Positions 41,271-63,289 of a stretch of DNA of 64,000 bases are shown here, piece after piece. Source of the DNA: the human T2T-CHM13v2.0 reference genome, Homo sapiens. A model generated the notes under the pieces. That model did not search any database and had not been told where the DNA came from. It was given only the letters and a program-made list of their open reading frames with translations. The position numbers were made by a program, and so were the translations under genes. Within the stretch, counting starts at the first letter, position 1, and the number at the start of each line of letters is the position of its first letter. Location of the stretch: assembly GCF_009914755.1 (NCBI RefSeq), contig NC_060942.1; one strand, given 5' to 3'.

Positions 41271-43728
41271 AAACAAAGAATAAGAGACAAATTTTTTAAA
41301 TCCCAAATCAAACTTCTGGAGAAATAAAAAAAAATACAATATCTGAAATGAAAAACACACTAGATGAGATAAACAGATTAGACACTGCAAAAGTAAAGAC
41401 CAGTGGGTTTTAAAACATAGCAATAAAAAATTATCCAAAATGTAAAACAGATAAAAGACTGAAAAAAAATGAACAGAGCACCAGTAAGCTATAAGACAAT
41501 ATCAAGTGGCCTGGCCTCATACATGTAATTAGAATCCCAGAAGGAGAGGAAAAGAAGGGGCAATAAAAAAAGATTTCAAGAAATAATATCTGGGAAAAAA
41601 ACTATCAACTTAGAATTTGTATCTACCAAAAACATCTTTCAGAATAAAAGCAAAATAAGTAATTTTTACAAAAGTGGAAAGATAAAAATTTGCATCTATG
41701 CAAAGGAATGAAAAGTACCCAAAACAGCAAAAAATACCGTAAGGATTATAATGTGTATAGAAATAAAATGTATTTCAACAATGGTACAAAGTCTGGGAGA
41801 GGGAAAAGGAAGTATACTGTTGTATGTCCTTATAAAATGCAGGAAGTAGTATGATATTAGTTGAAGGTACATTGTGGTAAGTTGTAAGATGTATACTATA
41901 AATGTTAGAGCAGTCACTCAAGAAATGTATGCTGAGATGAAAGAAGAGATGGCTTGCTTGCACCACAGCTGCAGAGCCAGCTGTCAGATGTAATAAATTG
42001 CATTTACCTGAAGAGCTGGGGAAAGTAGCAGGATGGCGACAGAGATCAGCCACTTGGAAAGGCTTAGTTCCTCTTCCCACTGACCCCTCCAAGTGTCTTG
42101 GGCATGTTAAAGTGGACGAGGCCAAATATTACGGATTCTGAAAAAAAGGCCTTGGGGATCAAACAGGACTAGACTGCAGCCCCGACTCGGACAGACAGAG
42201 CAGCGTGTGGAGGCTTCCATCATGAATTTTACCTCCAGAATTACTGCAGCAATAAATCAGGAATCCCAAAAGGACCCACAGACCTTCTGAAGGAAGTGGA
42301 CTGCTCTTGCAGGACCCAGGAGACACCCCAAATACTATGCCGTTATCCACGGCTGAGAGATACCATATGGTTGGGACTTGCTTTTTAATACACTCAATCT
42401 TTGCCTTTAAATATAAATTTACATTTAATGTGATCATCTATAGGATTAAGTTTAAATTCACAAGGTATTTCTTTTCTATGTGTTCCCTCTGTTCTTCATT
42501 CTTTTTTCCTCATTTCCTGTCTTATTTTTAATAATACCATTAATTTTCATTATTGTGTTATTAGCCATATTTTTTTATTTTTTATTTTTCCATAAGTTAT
42601 TGGGGGTACATGTGGTGTTTGGTTACATGAGTAAGTTCTTTACTGGTGATTTGTGAGATTTGGTTCACCCATCACCCAAGCAGTATACACTGCACCCTAT
42701 TTGTAGACTTTTATCCCTTGCCCCCTCCCATCCTTCCCCCCATGTCCCCAAAGTCCACTGTACCATTCTTATGTCTTTGTGTCCTTTGTGTTCACATCAC
42801 AGGACTCTGTGCTGACAACGCCCAGTACCACCCTGCAGCCTGGTACACTTGCTGGGTGGCTGGACCCAGAAGAGAAATAACAATCACTACAGCGTGGCTC
42901 TTAGGAAGCCATATCCATAGGAAAAGGGGGAGAGTACTACATCAAGGGAACACCCCATTGGACAAAATAATCTGAACAACAGCCTTCAGCCCTAGACCTT
43001 CCCTCTGACAGATCCTACCCAAATGAGAAGGAACCAGAAAACCAACTCTGGTAATATGACAAAACAAGGCCCTTTAACACCTCCAAAAAATCACACTAGC
43101 TCACCAGCAATGCATCCAAACCAAGAAGAAATCCCTGATTTACCTGAAATAGAATTCAGGAGGTTAGTTATTAAGCTAATCAGGGAGGCATCAGAGAAAG
43201 GCAAAGCCCAATGCAAGGAAATCCAAAAAATGATATAAGAAGTGAAGGGAAAAATATTCAAGATAATAGATAGCATAAAGGAAGAACAATCAAAACTTCA
43301 GGAAACATTGGACACACTAATAGAAATGCAAAATACTCTGGAAATCTCAGCAATAGAATTGAACAAGTAGAAGAAAGAAATTCAGAGCTTGAAGACAAGG
43401 TCTTCAAATCAATCTGATCCAACAAAGACAAAGAAAAAAGAATATGAAAATATGAACAAAGACTCCAAGAAGTCTGGGATTATGTTAAATGACCAGACCT
43501 AAGAATAATCGGTGCTTCTGAGGAAGAAAAGAAATCTAAAAGCTTGGAAAACATATTTGGGGGAATAATTGAGGAAAACTTCTCTGGCCTTGCTAGAGAC
43601 CTAGACATCCAAATACAAGAAGAACAAAGAACACCTGGAAGTTTCATTAAAAAAAAAAAAATCATCACCTAGGCACATTGTCATCAGGTTATCTAAAGTT
43701 AAGATGAAAGAAATAACCTTAAGAGCTG

Positions 43729-44281
43729 TGTTAGAAACAAAATGCTTGTTCCTTGGTGCCACAAAGAAATAGCATTCAAACATAAATTTAATTTTCTCAG
43801 CAAGGCAATTTTTAATTTATAGAAGGGTATGACTCACGAATGGAGTAATGGTGAGGGCACACCTGAACAAGCGAGGGGAAGGGGTTCTTATTCCTGACGC
43901 AGATGGCGCCTACTGCTGTGTCATTCCCCTACTGGCTAGGGTTGGACCGCAAAGTCTAAGCTAATTCCGATTGGCTATTTTAAAGGGAGCAGAGTGGCAG
44001 GGTGAGTAATTTGGCAGGAAGGACAGTTAGGAACAGGTAACTAAAGGTGACTTAAGTCAGAGCAGGTGACCAGGGGTGACTCAGGTCAAAGCAGGTGACT
44101 GGGATGAGTCAGGATGATGCAGGTGACCAGGGGAACAGATGTGTACTACTGATTAAAACTGATGGAAAAGGCTGTTAACTGAAACTACAAGGAAGTTAAA
44201 CTCTAAAATAGAGGATAAAGAACTGAACATACTGACATACTGATTCTTTGAAGAGAAATCTAGAATTCACTGTATCCAACA
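43729..44281 (-). mobile_element. LTR10A-like (HERV-I) solo LTR inserted in L1PB ORF1
   Basis: TG...CA termini; 4-bp TSD gctg (43725-43728 / 44282-44285); reverse strand begins tgttggatacagtgaattctagatttctcttcaaagaatcagtatgtcagtatgttcag. Confidence 0.82.
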
Positions 44282-44475
44282 GCTGTGGGACAAAAGCACC
44301 AGGTAACTTATAAAGGAAAACCTATCAGATTAACAGCAGATTTCTCAGCAGAAACCCTGCAAGATAGAAGGGATTGGGACTCTATCTTCAGACTCCTCAA
44401 ACAAAACAATTATCAGCCAAGAATTTTTTATTCAGTGAAACTAAGCATCATATATGAAGGAAAGATACAGTCTTG

Positions 44476-44845
<370 letters not shown>

Positions 44846-47084
44846 CTACGAGAACAGCTAAAAGGAATTCTAAATCTTGAAACAAATCCTGGAAATACAT
44901 CAAAACAGAACCTCTAAAGCGTAAATTTCACAGGACCTATAAAACAAAAATACAAGTTAAAAAGCAAAAACAAAAAACAAAAAAAACAAAGTACATGGGC
45001 AACAAATAGCACGATGAATGGAATGGTACCTCACATCTCAATACTAACATTGAATGTGAATGTTCTAAATGCCCCACTTAAAAAATACAGAATTGCAGAA
45101 TGGATAAGAATTCACCAACCAACTATCTGCTGCCTTCAGGAGATTCACCTAACACATAAGGACTCACATAAACTTAAAGTAAAGGGGTGGAAAAATGCAT
45201 TTAATGCAAATGGACACCAGAGGTGAGCAGAGGTAGCTATTCTTATATCAGACAAAACAAACTTTAAAGCAACAGCAGTTAAAAAAGACAAAGAGGAACA
45301 TTAAGTAATGGTAAAAGGCCTTGTCCAACAAGAAAATATTACAATCCTAAACATATATGCACCTGACACTGGAGCTCCCAAATTTATAAAACAGTTACTA
45401 ACAGACCTAAGAAATGAGATAGACAGCAACACAATAATAGTAGGGAACCTCGATACTCCACTGATAGCACTAGACAGGTCACCAAAACAGAAAGTCAACA
45501 AAGAAACAATGTATTTTATACCTTGGAACAAATGGACTTAACAGATTTATACAGAACATTCCATCCAGCAACCACAGAATATACATTCTATTCAACAGTG
45601 CATGGAACTTTCTCCAAGATAGACCATATTATATGGCACAAAACGAGCCTCAATAAATTTAAGAAAATTGAAATTATGTCAAGCACTCTGTCAGACCACA
45701 GTGTAATAAAGCTTGTAATCAACTCCAAAGGGAACCTTCAAAACCATGCAAATACATGGAAATTAAATAACCTGCTCCTGAATTATCACTGGGTTAAAAA
45801 CGAAATGAAAATGGAAATTTAAAAATTATTCAAATTGAAAGATAATAGTGACACAACCTATCAAAACCTCTGGGATACAGCCAAGGCGGTGCTAAGAGGA
45901 AAGTTCATGGCCCTAAACACCTACATCAAAAAGACTGAAAGAGCACAAACTGACACTCTAAGGTCACACCTCAAAGAACTAGAGAAACAAGAACAAACCA
46001 AGCCCAAACCCAGCAGAAGAAAGGAAATAACCAAAATCAGAGCAGAACTAAATGAAATTGAAACAAAAAAATACAAAAGATAAATGAAATGAAAAGCTGG
46101 TTCTTTGAAAAGATAAATAAAATTGATAGACCATTAGCAAGATTAACCAAGAAAAGAAGAGAGAAAATCCAAATAACCCCACCAAGAAACGAAACGAGAG
46201 ATATTACAACTGACACTACAGAAATACAAAAGATCATTCAAGGCTACTATGAACACCTTTAAGCACATAAACTAGAAGACCTAAAAGAATTGGATAAATT
46301 CCTGGAAAAATACAACCCTCCTAGCTTAAATCAGGAAGAATCAGATACCCTGAACAGATCAATAACAAGCAGCAAGATTGAAATGGTAATTTAAAAATTA
46401 CCGACAAAAGAAAACCCCAGGACCAGACAGATTCACAACAGAATTCTACCAGACATTCAAAGATGAATTAGTACCAATCCTTTTGACACTATTCCACAAG
46501 ATAGAGAAAGAGGGAACACTCCTTAATTCATTCTATGAAGCCAGAATCACCCTAATACCACAACCAGGAAAGGACATAACCAAAAAAGAAAACTACAGAC
46601 CGATATCCTTGATGAACATAGATGCTAAATCCTTAACAAAATACTAGCTAACTGAATCCAACAACATATCAAAAATATAATCCACCATGATCAAGTGGGT
46701 TTCATACGAGGGATGCAGGGATGGTTTTAACATAGGCAAGTCGATAAATGTGATACACCACATAAACAGAATTAAAAACAAAAATCACATGATCATCTCA
46801 ATAGACGCAGAAAAAGCATTAGACAAAATCCAGCATCACTTTATGATTAAAACTCTCAGCAAAATTGGCATACAAGGGACATACCTCAATGTAATTTAAG
46901 CCATTTATGACAAACCCACAGCCATCATAATACTGAATGGGGAAAAGTTGAAAGCATTCCCTCCGAGAGCTGGAACAAGACAGGGATGCCCACTCTCACC
47001 ACTCGTCTTCAACATAGTACTGGAAGTCTAGCCAGAGCAATCAAACAAAAGAAAGAAATAAAGGGCATCCAAATCGGTAATACT

Positions 47085-47339
47085 GGCTGGAGCACAGTGG
47101 TGCGATCTCGGCTCACTGCAACCTCCGCCTCCTGATTCAAGCAGTTCTCCTGCCTCAGCTTCTCAAGTAGTTGGGACTACAGGCATGCGCCACCAGATCC
47201 ACCTAATTTTTGTATTTTTAGTAGAGAGGGGGTTTCACCATGTTGGCCAGGCTGGTCTCGAACTCCTGACCTCAGGTGACCTACCCACCTCAGCCTCCCT
47301 AAGTGCTGGAATTACAGGTGTAAGCCACCGCGCGCAGCC
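47085..47339 (-). mobile_element. Tail-less antisense AluS at an ORF2 deletion in L1PB
   Basis: starts at ggctggagcacagtgg with no poly-T; flanks are non-adjacent ORF2 regions. Confidence 0.85.
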
Positions 47340-47649
47340 AGATTGGAGAATATTATTCTAAGTGAAGTAACTCAGGAACGGAAAACCAAACATCGTATGT
47401 TCTCACTGATATGTGAGAACATATCAGCTAAGCTGTGAGGACACAAAAACATAAGAATGATACAATGGACTTTGGGGACTTGGAGGGAAGTGTGGGAGGG
47501 GGCGAGAGATAAAAGACTACAAATAGGGTGCCGTGTATACTGCTTGGGTGATGGGTGAACCAAAATCTCACTAATCGCCACTAAAGAACTTACTAATGTA
47601 ACCAAACACCACATGTACCCCAATAACTTATGGAAAAATAAAAAATAAA

Positions 47650-56770
<9,121 letters not shown>

Positions 56771-58084
56771 TCCTGTGGACTTCAATAACATTTATAAAAC
56801 ATAACAATGGTTTTTATTTTTGACAACCACCTTCTTCTTTCGATGTAATTGCTGATATTTGTCAATATTTTTTAGTTTATAATTCATATGGATAGAAAAA
56901 AGAATTTGCAATAACATCTTATATGTCTTTATTAGTCATGGCCTCCCTCCTAGCTCTGTCATTATTATTGGAATGGGAAATAGTCCTTTGAGCAGGCTGG
57001 CTGTGGGTGAGGGCACCTGGGGATAATGGTTAAACAACTGCCCACGTAGCCTTACCATCATCACTGAGGAGTAGTGTTGAATCCCACAGTTTTTCGCTAA
57101 GGGGACCAGGTCATTCTAGAGTTCAAGATGATTTATGTTTAAATCATCTGATTTTGTACATTAACAGCATGGAAGGCTGAGGATGGGGAAAGGAACAGTT
57201 TGTCCTGGAGAAAGCATCCAAAAGCTCTAATTATCTGAAATAAGTTAGCAAGCATAGCACCAGTAAAGTTTAATGAGTAAAAATTTGGTGAGCAAAAATA
57301 CACTCTCCACATAGAGGCACATGTCAAGATCAAAGACAACAATGCCTAATCCAGAGGGGGTTAACAAATAGAAACTGGGAAACAGGTTAAGAATAATAGC
57401 CTAGGTGTCTTCTTGTGATTTTGTTGGTGGTGGTGGTTGGGATTGGAGGCTGACTGAAGCACAGGATCCCTGTCAGGGATCAGGAAGAACTAAGGAGGAG
57501 GGGATCCAATTTTAGAAGCCTTTGACAACAAAGCAGAAAAGAGCTGAAGGTTCTTGAACAAACTACCATGGCTTGGATCTGCGAGTAGGTAGGTTCCATG
57601 AGAACAGAAGTTTTGGTTGAATGCTAAATCTTCTTTGCCTAGAACAATGCCTGCACACACACGGAAGGCACTCATTTTATTTTTTGTGAATGTTAATGAA
57701 TGATACAGCAATGCAGCAATGTCAGATATCTGGAATACTTTATTTTGAATAGATTTTCCTTTTCCTTCTTTTTGTATTTTTTCTTTTTAAAGGAAAAGAA
57801 GACTATTACAGTACTTACAAAGAAATTGTTAAAAGTTAAGAGTGTTTAAACATGTCTTTATTACCTACTAAAAAATATTTAAGTTTAAGAGCAGTGAACA
57901 AATAAATTGGTAATTGAATTTGTGGATCAGAGAAGAATCTTGGTGAAGGGCATTATTCATCTTTCCCAGTCACTTGTCAGATGGTGACTGCTCAAGGATC
58001 CCATCCCTGGTTTGTTTGTCGTCAAGTCCCCACCACTGAGTACAGTTGCTGGCACATCATAGGTGCTCAATGATGAGGTTTTTT

Positions 58085-58250
58085 GAGTTGTTTGTTTTTT
58101 TTAAGAGATGAGGTCTTGCACTGTCACCCAGGCTGGAGTGCAGTGGTACAATCACAGCTCACTGTAGCCTCAAACTCCTGGTCTCAAGCGATATTCCCAC
58201 CTCAGCCTCCGGGTAACTGGGACTCCAGGCTTGCATCACCAGGTCCAGCT
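58085..58250 (-). mobile_element. Alu monomer (FRAM-like)
   Basis: reverse Alu right arm. Confidence 0.8.
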
Positions 58251-58799
58251 AATCACAAGTTATTGAGTGGTCTTCCAGATGGATTCCAGTCTAGAGATTA
58301 ACTACTCTCAATGTTACCTCGCCAGGTGCAAAGCCTATGTAATAATATTTGATTTTAATTATAAATACACATACCTGACACATAAACTGTCCACCCTGAA
58401 ACATAAAGAAACTTATTGTTAGATTATAGTTGAATCCAGCAAAGCATCCAAAAATAATTAGTGGCCAGTGTTGCTGGAACTCTAGTCCTGCAAGTGCTCC
58501 ACAGATGATCTATAATAAAAGGTTCATTAGTAAATTAAGAGCTCTGAAAAGTTCTATTAAAAAGAAACCTATTCAATCCCTCTTTTTTCTAACTTTTTTC
58601 AAGCAACATCTAATCAGGTCTCTTGAAACTATGTTCTACAAAATAGTTTTTGAGACACACTGATTCATTATTGCCATCTTATCTGGCAGACCAGACCCAG
58701 AGCAGGCAACTGCAAAGGCAAGTTTTAAGTTATCTCTGAGCTGAGTTAATGAAAACAAAAACAAATAAAAAGGAACCATTACAAGAATTTCGGGTTTTG

Positions 58800-59240
58800 T
58801 GGGATGTGATAGATTGTATTTTCTAAAGTTGGCCATGACAATAAATTCCATTCCACATACTCTTCTAACAATGACACTCCTTTCATCTGGGTGAGGTTGG
58901 TAAAACAGAAATGGTACTATATGACTTCCAATGTTAGGTCATAAAAGGTAACACAGCTCAGGCTGGGCACAGTGGTTCACACCTGTAATCCCAGCACTTT
59001 GGGAGGCCAAAGGGGGCAGATCGCCTGAGGTCAGGGGTTCAAGACCAGCTGGGCAACATGATGAAACCTCATCTCTGCTAAAAATACAAAAATTAGCCGG
59101 GCGTGGTGGTGCATTCCTGTAATCCCAGGTACTCAGGGGGCTGAGACAGGAGAATGGCTTGAACCCAGGAAGCAGAGGTTGCAGTGAGCCAAGATCGTGC
59201 CACTGCACTCCAGCCTGGGCGATAGAGTGAGACTCCATCT

Positions 59241-59271
<31 letters not shown>

Positions 59272-59645
59272 TAACTGGTTCTTCTGGGACATCCATGAGT
59301 CCTGAGCTGCCATATAAGCAGAAAAACCGCCCTGAAGCCACCATATTGGGAGGAAGCCCAAGGAGATGATTCAAGCCACCACCTGAGAGGACCCAAGACT
59401 ACATGAAGCAAGAAGAATGCCCAGCCTATCCCCAGCTGCTGCAACTGCACACTTGCCCTCCCCCTTCCAGCTCCAGCCTCTGTCCACCAGCACCTGCATG
59501 AGAGATGCTGAGAAGAAACCCACCCAGCCAAGCCCTTCCTGAATTCCTGACCCACAAAACCCATGAGAGAATGAAAATGATTGTTGTTGTTGTTGTAGCC
59601 CACTGAGTTTTGGGGTAATTTGTTATGTAGCAACAGTAACTGGAA
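58800..59645 (+). mobile_element. MLT1-type MaLR LTR with an AluS (58961-59266)
   Basis: ttcctgacccacaaaacc...gttttggggtaatttgttatgtagcaacagtaactgga MLT1 3' end. Confidence 0.75.
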
Positions 59646-60284
59646 TATGAGACATATGCACAAGGAAATTTTCTGAGATGATTTTGAAAGGTAAAGAAAG
59701 AGGACTGCATGCCACCTGGGCAGACAGTATTTATATCTAACTTAAGTTGAAATGCTACGAATTTCTGTATCACCAGTCCTATTACCAATGTTTTCTTTTT
59801 ATGAGCTTAAATTATTTTCCAAGCCTGAGCAGTGTTAATGTATCTATTTGTAGAGATATTAATTAAAATACTTGAGCACCTATTTTGTGCCAGGCACCAG
59901 GCTCTATTATCCACGAATTGTCAGGTTCCCAGTATGGGGTATAACATCACCACGTTTTTATTCTGGTCTATACAGTGACTCAGGCTTAGAGATATAAAGA
60001 AAACAAGGCCACTACAGGTTTGGGAGCATTAACTATCATTCCGTCTCAGCCCGAAGCACTGATTATAACACGGTATCCTCAATTTGTAGTAAAAAATGGC
60101 AATTATCAGTCTGCCTCTGATTTAGATTTAAAAACAAAGTTAGAGCCAGCTGGCCTCTTGGTTCCCATAGCACTGTGTTCACACCTTTGTTGGAAAACTT
60201 GGTCACATTCTTTCATTTGTTATTTGTTTATGGCTATTTCTTTACAGCTCTCTCTCTCTTCTTGGTCTTGCTCCTCTTTGTATC

Positions 60285-60745
60285 TGTGCAATTAATAATT
60301 CAAACTTAAAGCCGTTGGAACTTTAGATTATTCTGAGCCTTGAGAGGAATGTGGCCATGTGGCCTGAGTCATGTGGCATGCAGCTGCAACTTCCGCCCTT
60401 TTTTCCTGTAAATAATTATGAAGACCAAATGGTGCCAGAGATAAGAACCCCCCTCAGACCATAATCCCTCCTCATGAAATAATAAAGTAATCTTCCTTGG
60501 AGTGTAGCAATCTGTAATCAATCAAATAGCTATGATGTATGCACTAGCCTCGTATGGAAAATGTCATAATCCAGCTGAAACTTCTTTGTCTCTGCCTACA
60601 TGAGTGAAACTTTAACTTCTCCACTTTGGAATGCTGATCCCATTCATTTGGAGTCTGTTTCCCTGGGTGGCTGTTCTCAAGCTGTGTGCTCAAATAAACT
60701 ATATACTTACTAATGTTTTCTAAATCTCATTATTTAAGTTTGACA
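60285..60745 (+). mobile_element. MER65-like ERV1 solo LTR
   Basis: TG...CA termini; perfect 4-bp TSD tatc (60281-60284 / 60746-60749); ends ctcattatttaagtttgaca. Confidence 0.72.
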
Positions 60746-61719
60746 TATCTTTAGTGCCTAGCCCTGTGCTGGACACGTGGCTGTTGCTCCATGAATGTGT
60801 CAACACTCGGGGCCTGACCCCCACTGCTGTCTTAGAGTTTTGACTACAAAATACCCCCCACATCCCTGGGCAACCCCTAGCTTCCCTGGCTTCCCCTTCC
60901 TCAGCTGCCCCATGAGGAGGTAGGACTGTGTGACCCTACAGGCTCTTACGGTTCTCACATGGTTGGGAACTCTCTGTGAAAGGTCCTGCTGCTATGTTGT
61001 TGTTTAGATGATAGTGGGAGTCCCAGCAAGGCTCCGCTGCTGTTTCTGACCCTGCCTTGCCCAACCTGCAGGTCAGCCTGATGTTTGTGCTGTACTTGGA
61101 ATCTCATCAAAGCCATTCCTTCTCTTCCCTGTTAAATGAATTTCAGTTGAAACTATTGTTAGTTGGCAAACGCCAGCATTTGGATTGGAGCCAGACAATC
61201 GCGCCCACTTTTCTTGGTGATAAAATGTCCAACATCACATTGCTGTAATCAGGGACATGACATGTGTGCACTTACCAAGCAAAATACTCAGAAGGGCTCA
61301 TCATACAGTAACTGCAGATCCTAGAGTCTGCTCCATGCATGGAGAATGAGGGCCACCACATAACACCTGTGACAAAAGCAAAAGGTTAATCCAAGCAGCT
61401 GTCTCCATTGCTTTGCACCAGCTTATATTCATTCCATTGCCTTTTTCATTTTTTCCCCCATGTAGACCTGGGCTTCAAAAAAAATAATTAACTTGCAATG
61501 AGCTGAGAAACTGACCTTTAGAAAGGGGACAACGCAAGTGCACAGAATTGAGTAAACTGAGCCACATTGTTTTGGTGCCTCATAGAAAAGCTAAATGTCT
61601 CTGTATTGTACCCTATCTCTATTCAGGAATGCTTTCCTATTTTAAGCATGGTGCTAAGGATAGTAGATCGTACACCATGTAGGGGACCAAGAGTTGGTTT
61701 TCCTCCTACTTCTCTGACC

Positions 61720-62960
61720 ACTGCCAAATCTTTACACGTGAGACTTCCTCAAGGCTTAGTTGTCTTGTCTTCTCTCTTTATATAACTCTTTCACGTTGGG
61801 GAGCTCACCTATTTCCAGGGCTTTCAGTGTCACTGATATTGTAGGCATCCCTAAATTTAAGTCACCAGCCCAAATCTCTCTGAGTGTCAAACCCCATAAG
61901 TGGCAACCTAATCGACACTTCCATGTGGACGCCTAATGAACATCTCAAACTTGCCATGACCCAGTCTCTTGATTTCCTCTCTGAAACCTGCTTTTTTCCC
62001 CTTCTTCCCCAATTCACCCAATGGCACCACCAACAATCAACACAGAAACCTAGGAGTCATCCTCAATCCTTCCTCTTTCTCTCCTTTACACCCTCCTGGT
62101 TCTGGTCTGTTACCTAGTCTCACTTCCACTCCAAAATATACATCATATCTGTCCATCTTCACAGCCATAACTCCAGCTGAAACCAGCCTTGTCTCAACAG
62201 CCTCACTGGTCTCCTTGCTCCACCCTCACCTACTTCAAATCTAGTTTCCACATCATAGCCAGGGTCAATCTTTTAAGAACATAAATGTACACATGCCACT
62301 TCCTGCTTTAAAACCTTCGGCAACTTCACGTTGCACTTAGAATCCTTCCCAGGGCTTCCAGAGTCTGCACGATCTGGTGACTCCTGTCTATCTTTTTAAC
62401 CTCATTTCTTCTTTCTCATCTTAGAGACTTAATCCATGCTGTTGCCTCTGCCTGGAACTCTCCCTGGCTCTTGCTTCCATGTCGTCGCCACACAGATAGC
62501 TTCCCTATCACTCTATCTAAGTGAGGCTCTCCCTGTTATTCTCTCTCTTGGCATGCTGTTGACTTCCTTCAAAGAGCTCATCCTATTTTGTAATTATAGG
62601 CTTAGTTGTCTATCTGTTTATTACCTGTCTCCCTCCTCCCCCAATACACACTGAAATGTAAGCTCCAAAGTTCGGGTAGCATCTTCTTTATCATCATGAC
62701 CAATATCATCATTACCATGGCAGCAGCTGACATTTCTTGAGAGCCTACTCTGTGCCAGACACTTGACATTATCTTATTTAATCCTCAAAACAATCATAAC
62801 AAGTAGATACTATTATTATCTCCATTTTACAAATGAGGACACTGAGGCATGGAGATGCTTAGGTTACTTGTCCAGAATTACACGCTAGCAATAGATAGTG
62901 CCTGACATATAGTGCTTGGCATATAATAGATCTTCAACTTATTGATCAAATATATACTTT
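61720..62960 (+). mobile_element. L2 relic with a MIR (~62720-62890)
   Basis: catctcaaactt...aaacctaggagtcatcct...tagtgcctgacatatag L2 motifs; ccattttacaaatgaggacactgaggc MIR core. Confidence 0.7.
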
Positions 62961-63289
62961 TGTTGAATAATTCAATGCACTTTTTCATGGGAACCCATGG
63001 GATAAATTTCTCTCAAACACCAGTATTAAGAAAAGTAATACTTCTAGTTTTATCCTACAAATACTGTGCATATTATAATATGTTGTGCTTTCTATCTTTG
63101 CCTTTACTGCTAGGATACTTAGAACCAATATGTTACACTCATCTGGATGAGTCACTCTGTGCCTCAATCTTATTAAGATCTTATTAAGAGAATCTTAACC
63201 TTATGCTCCCTTCTTGCTTGGCCTTTTCTATATTGTATGTGTTTTTGTAAGCCTCTCCAATCATTCATGGAATAAGGCAGGATACAAAC

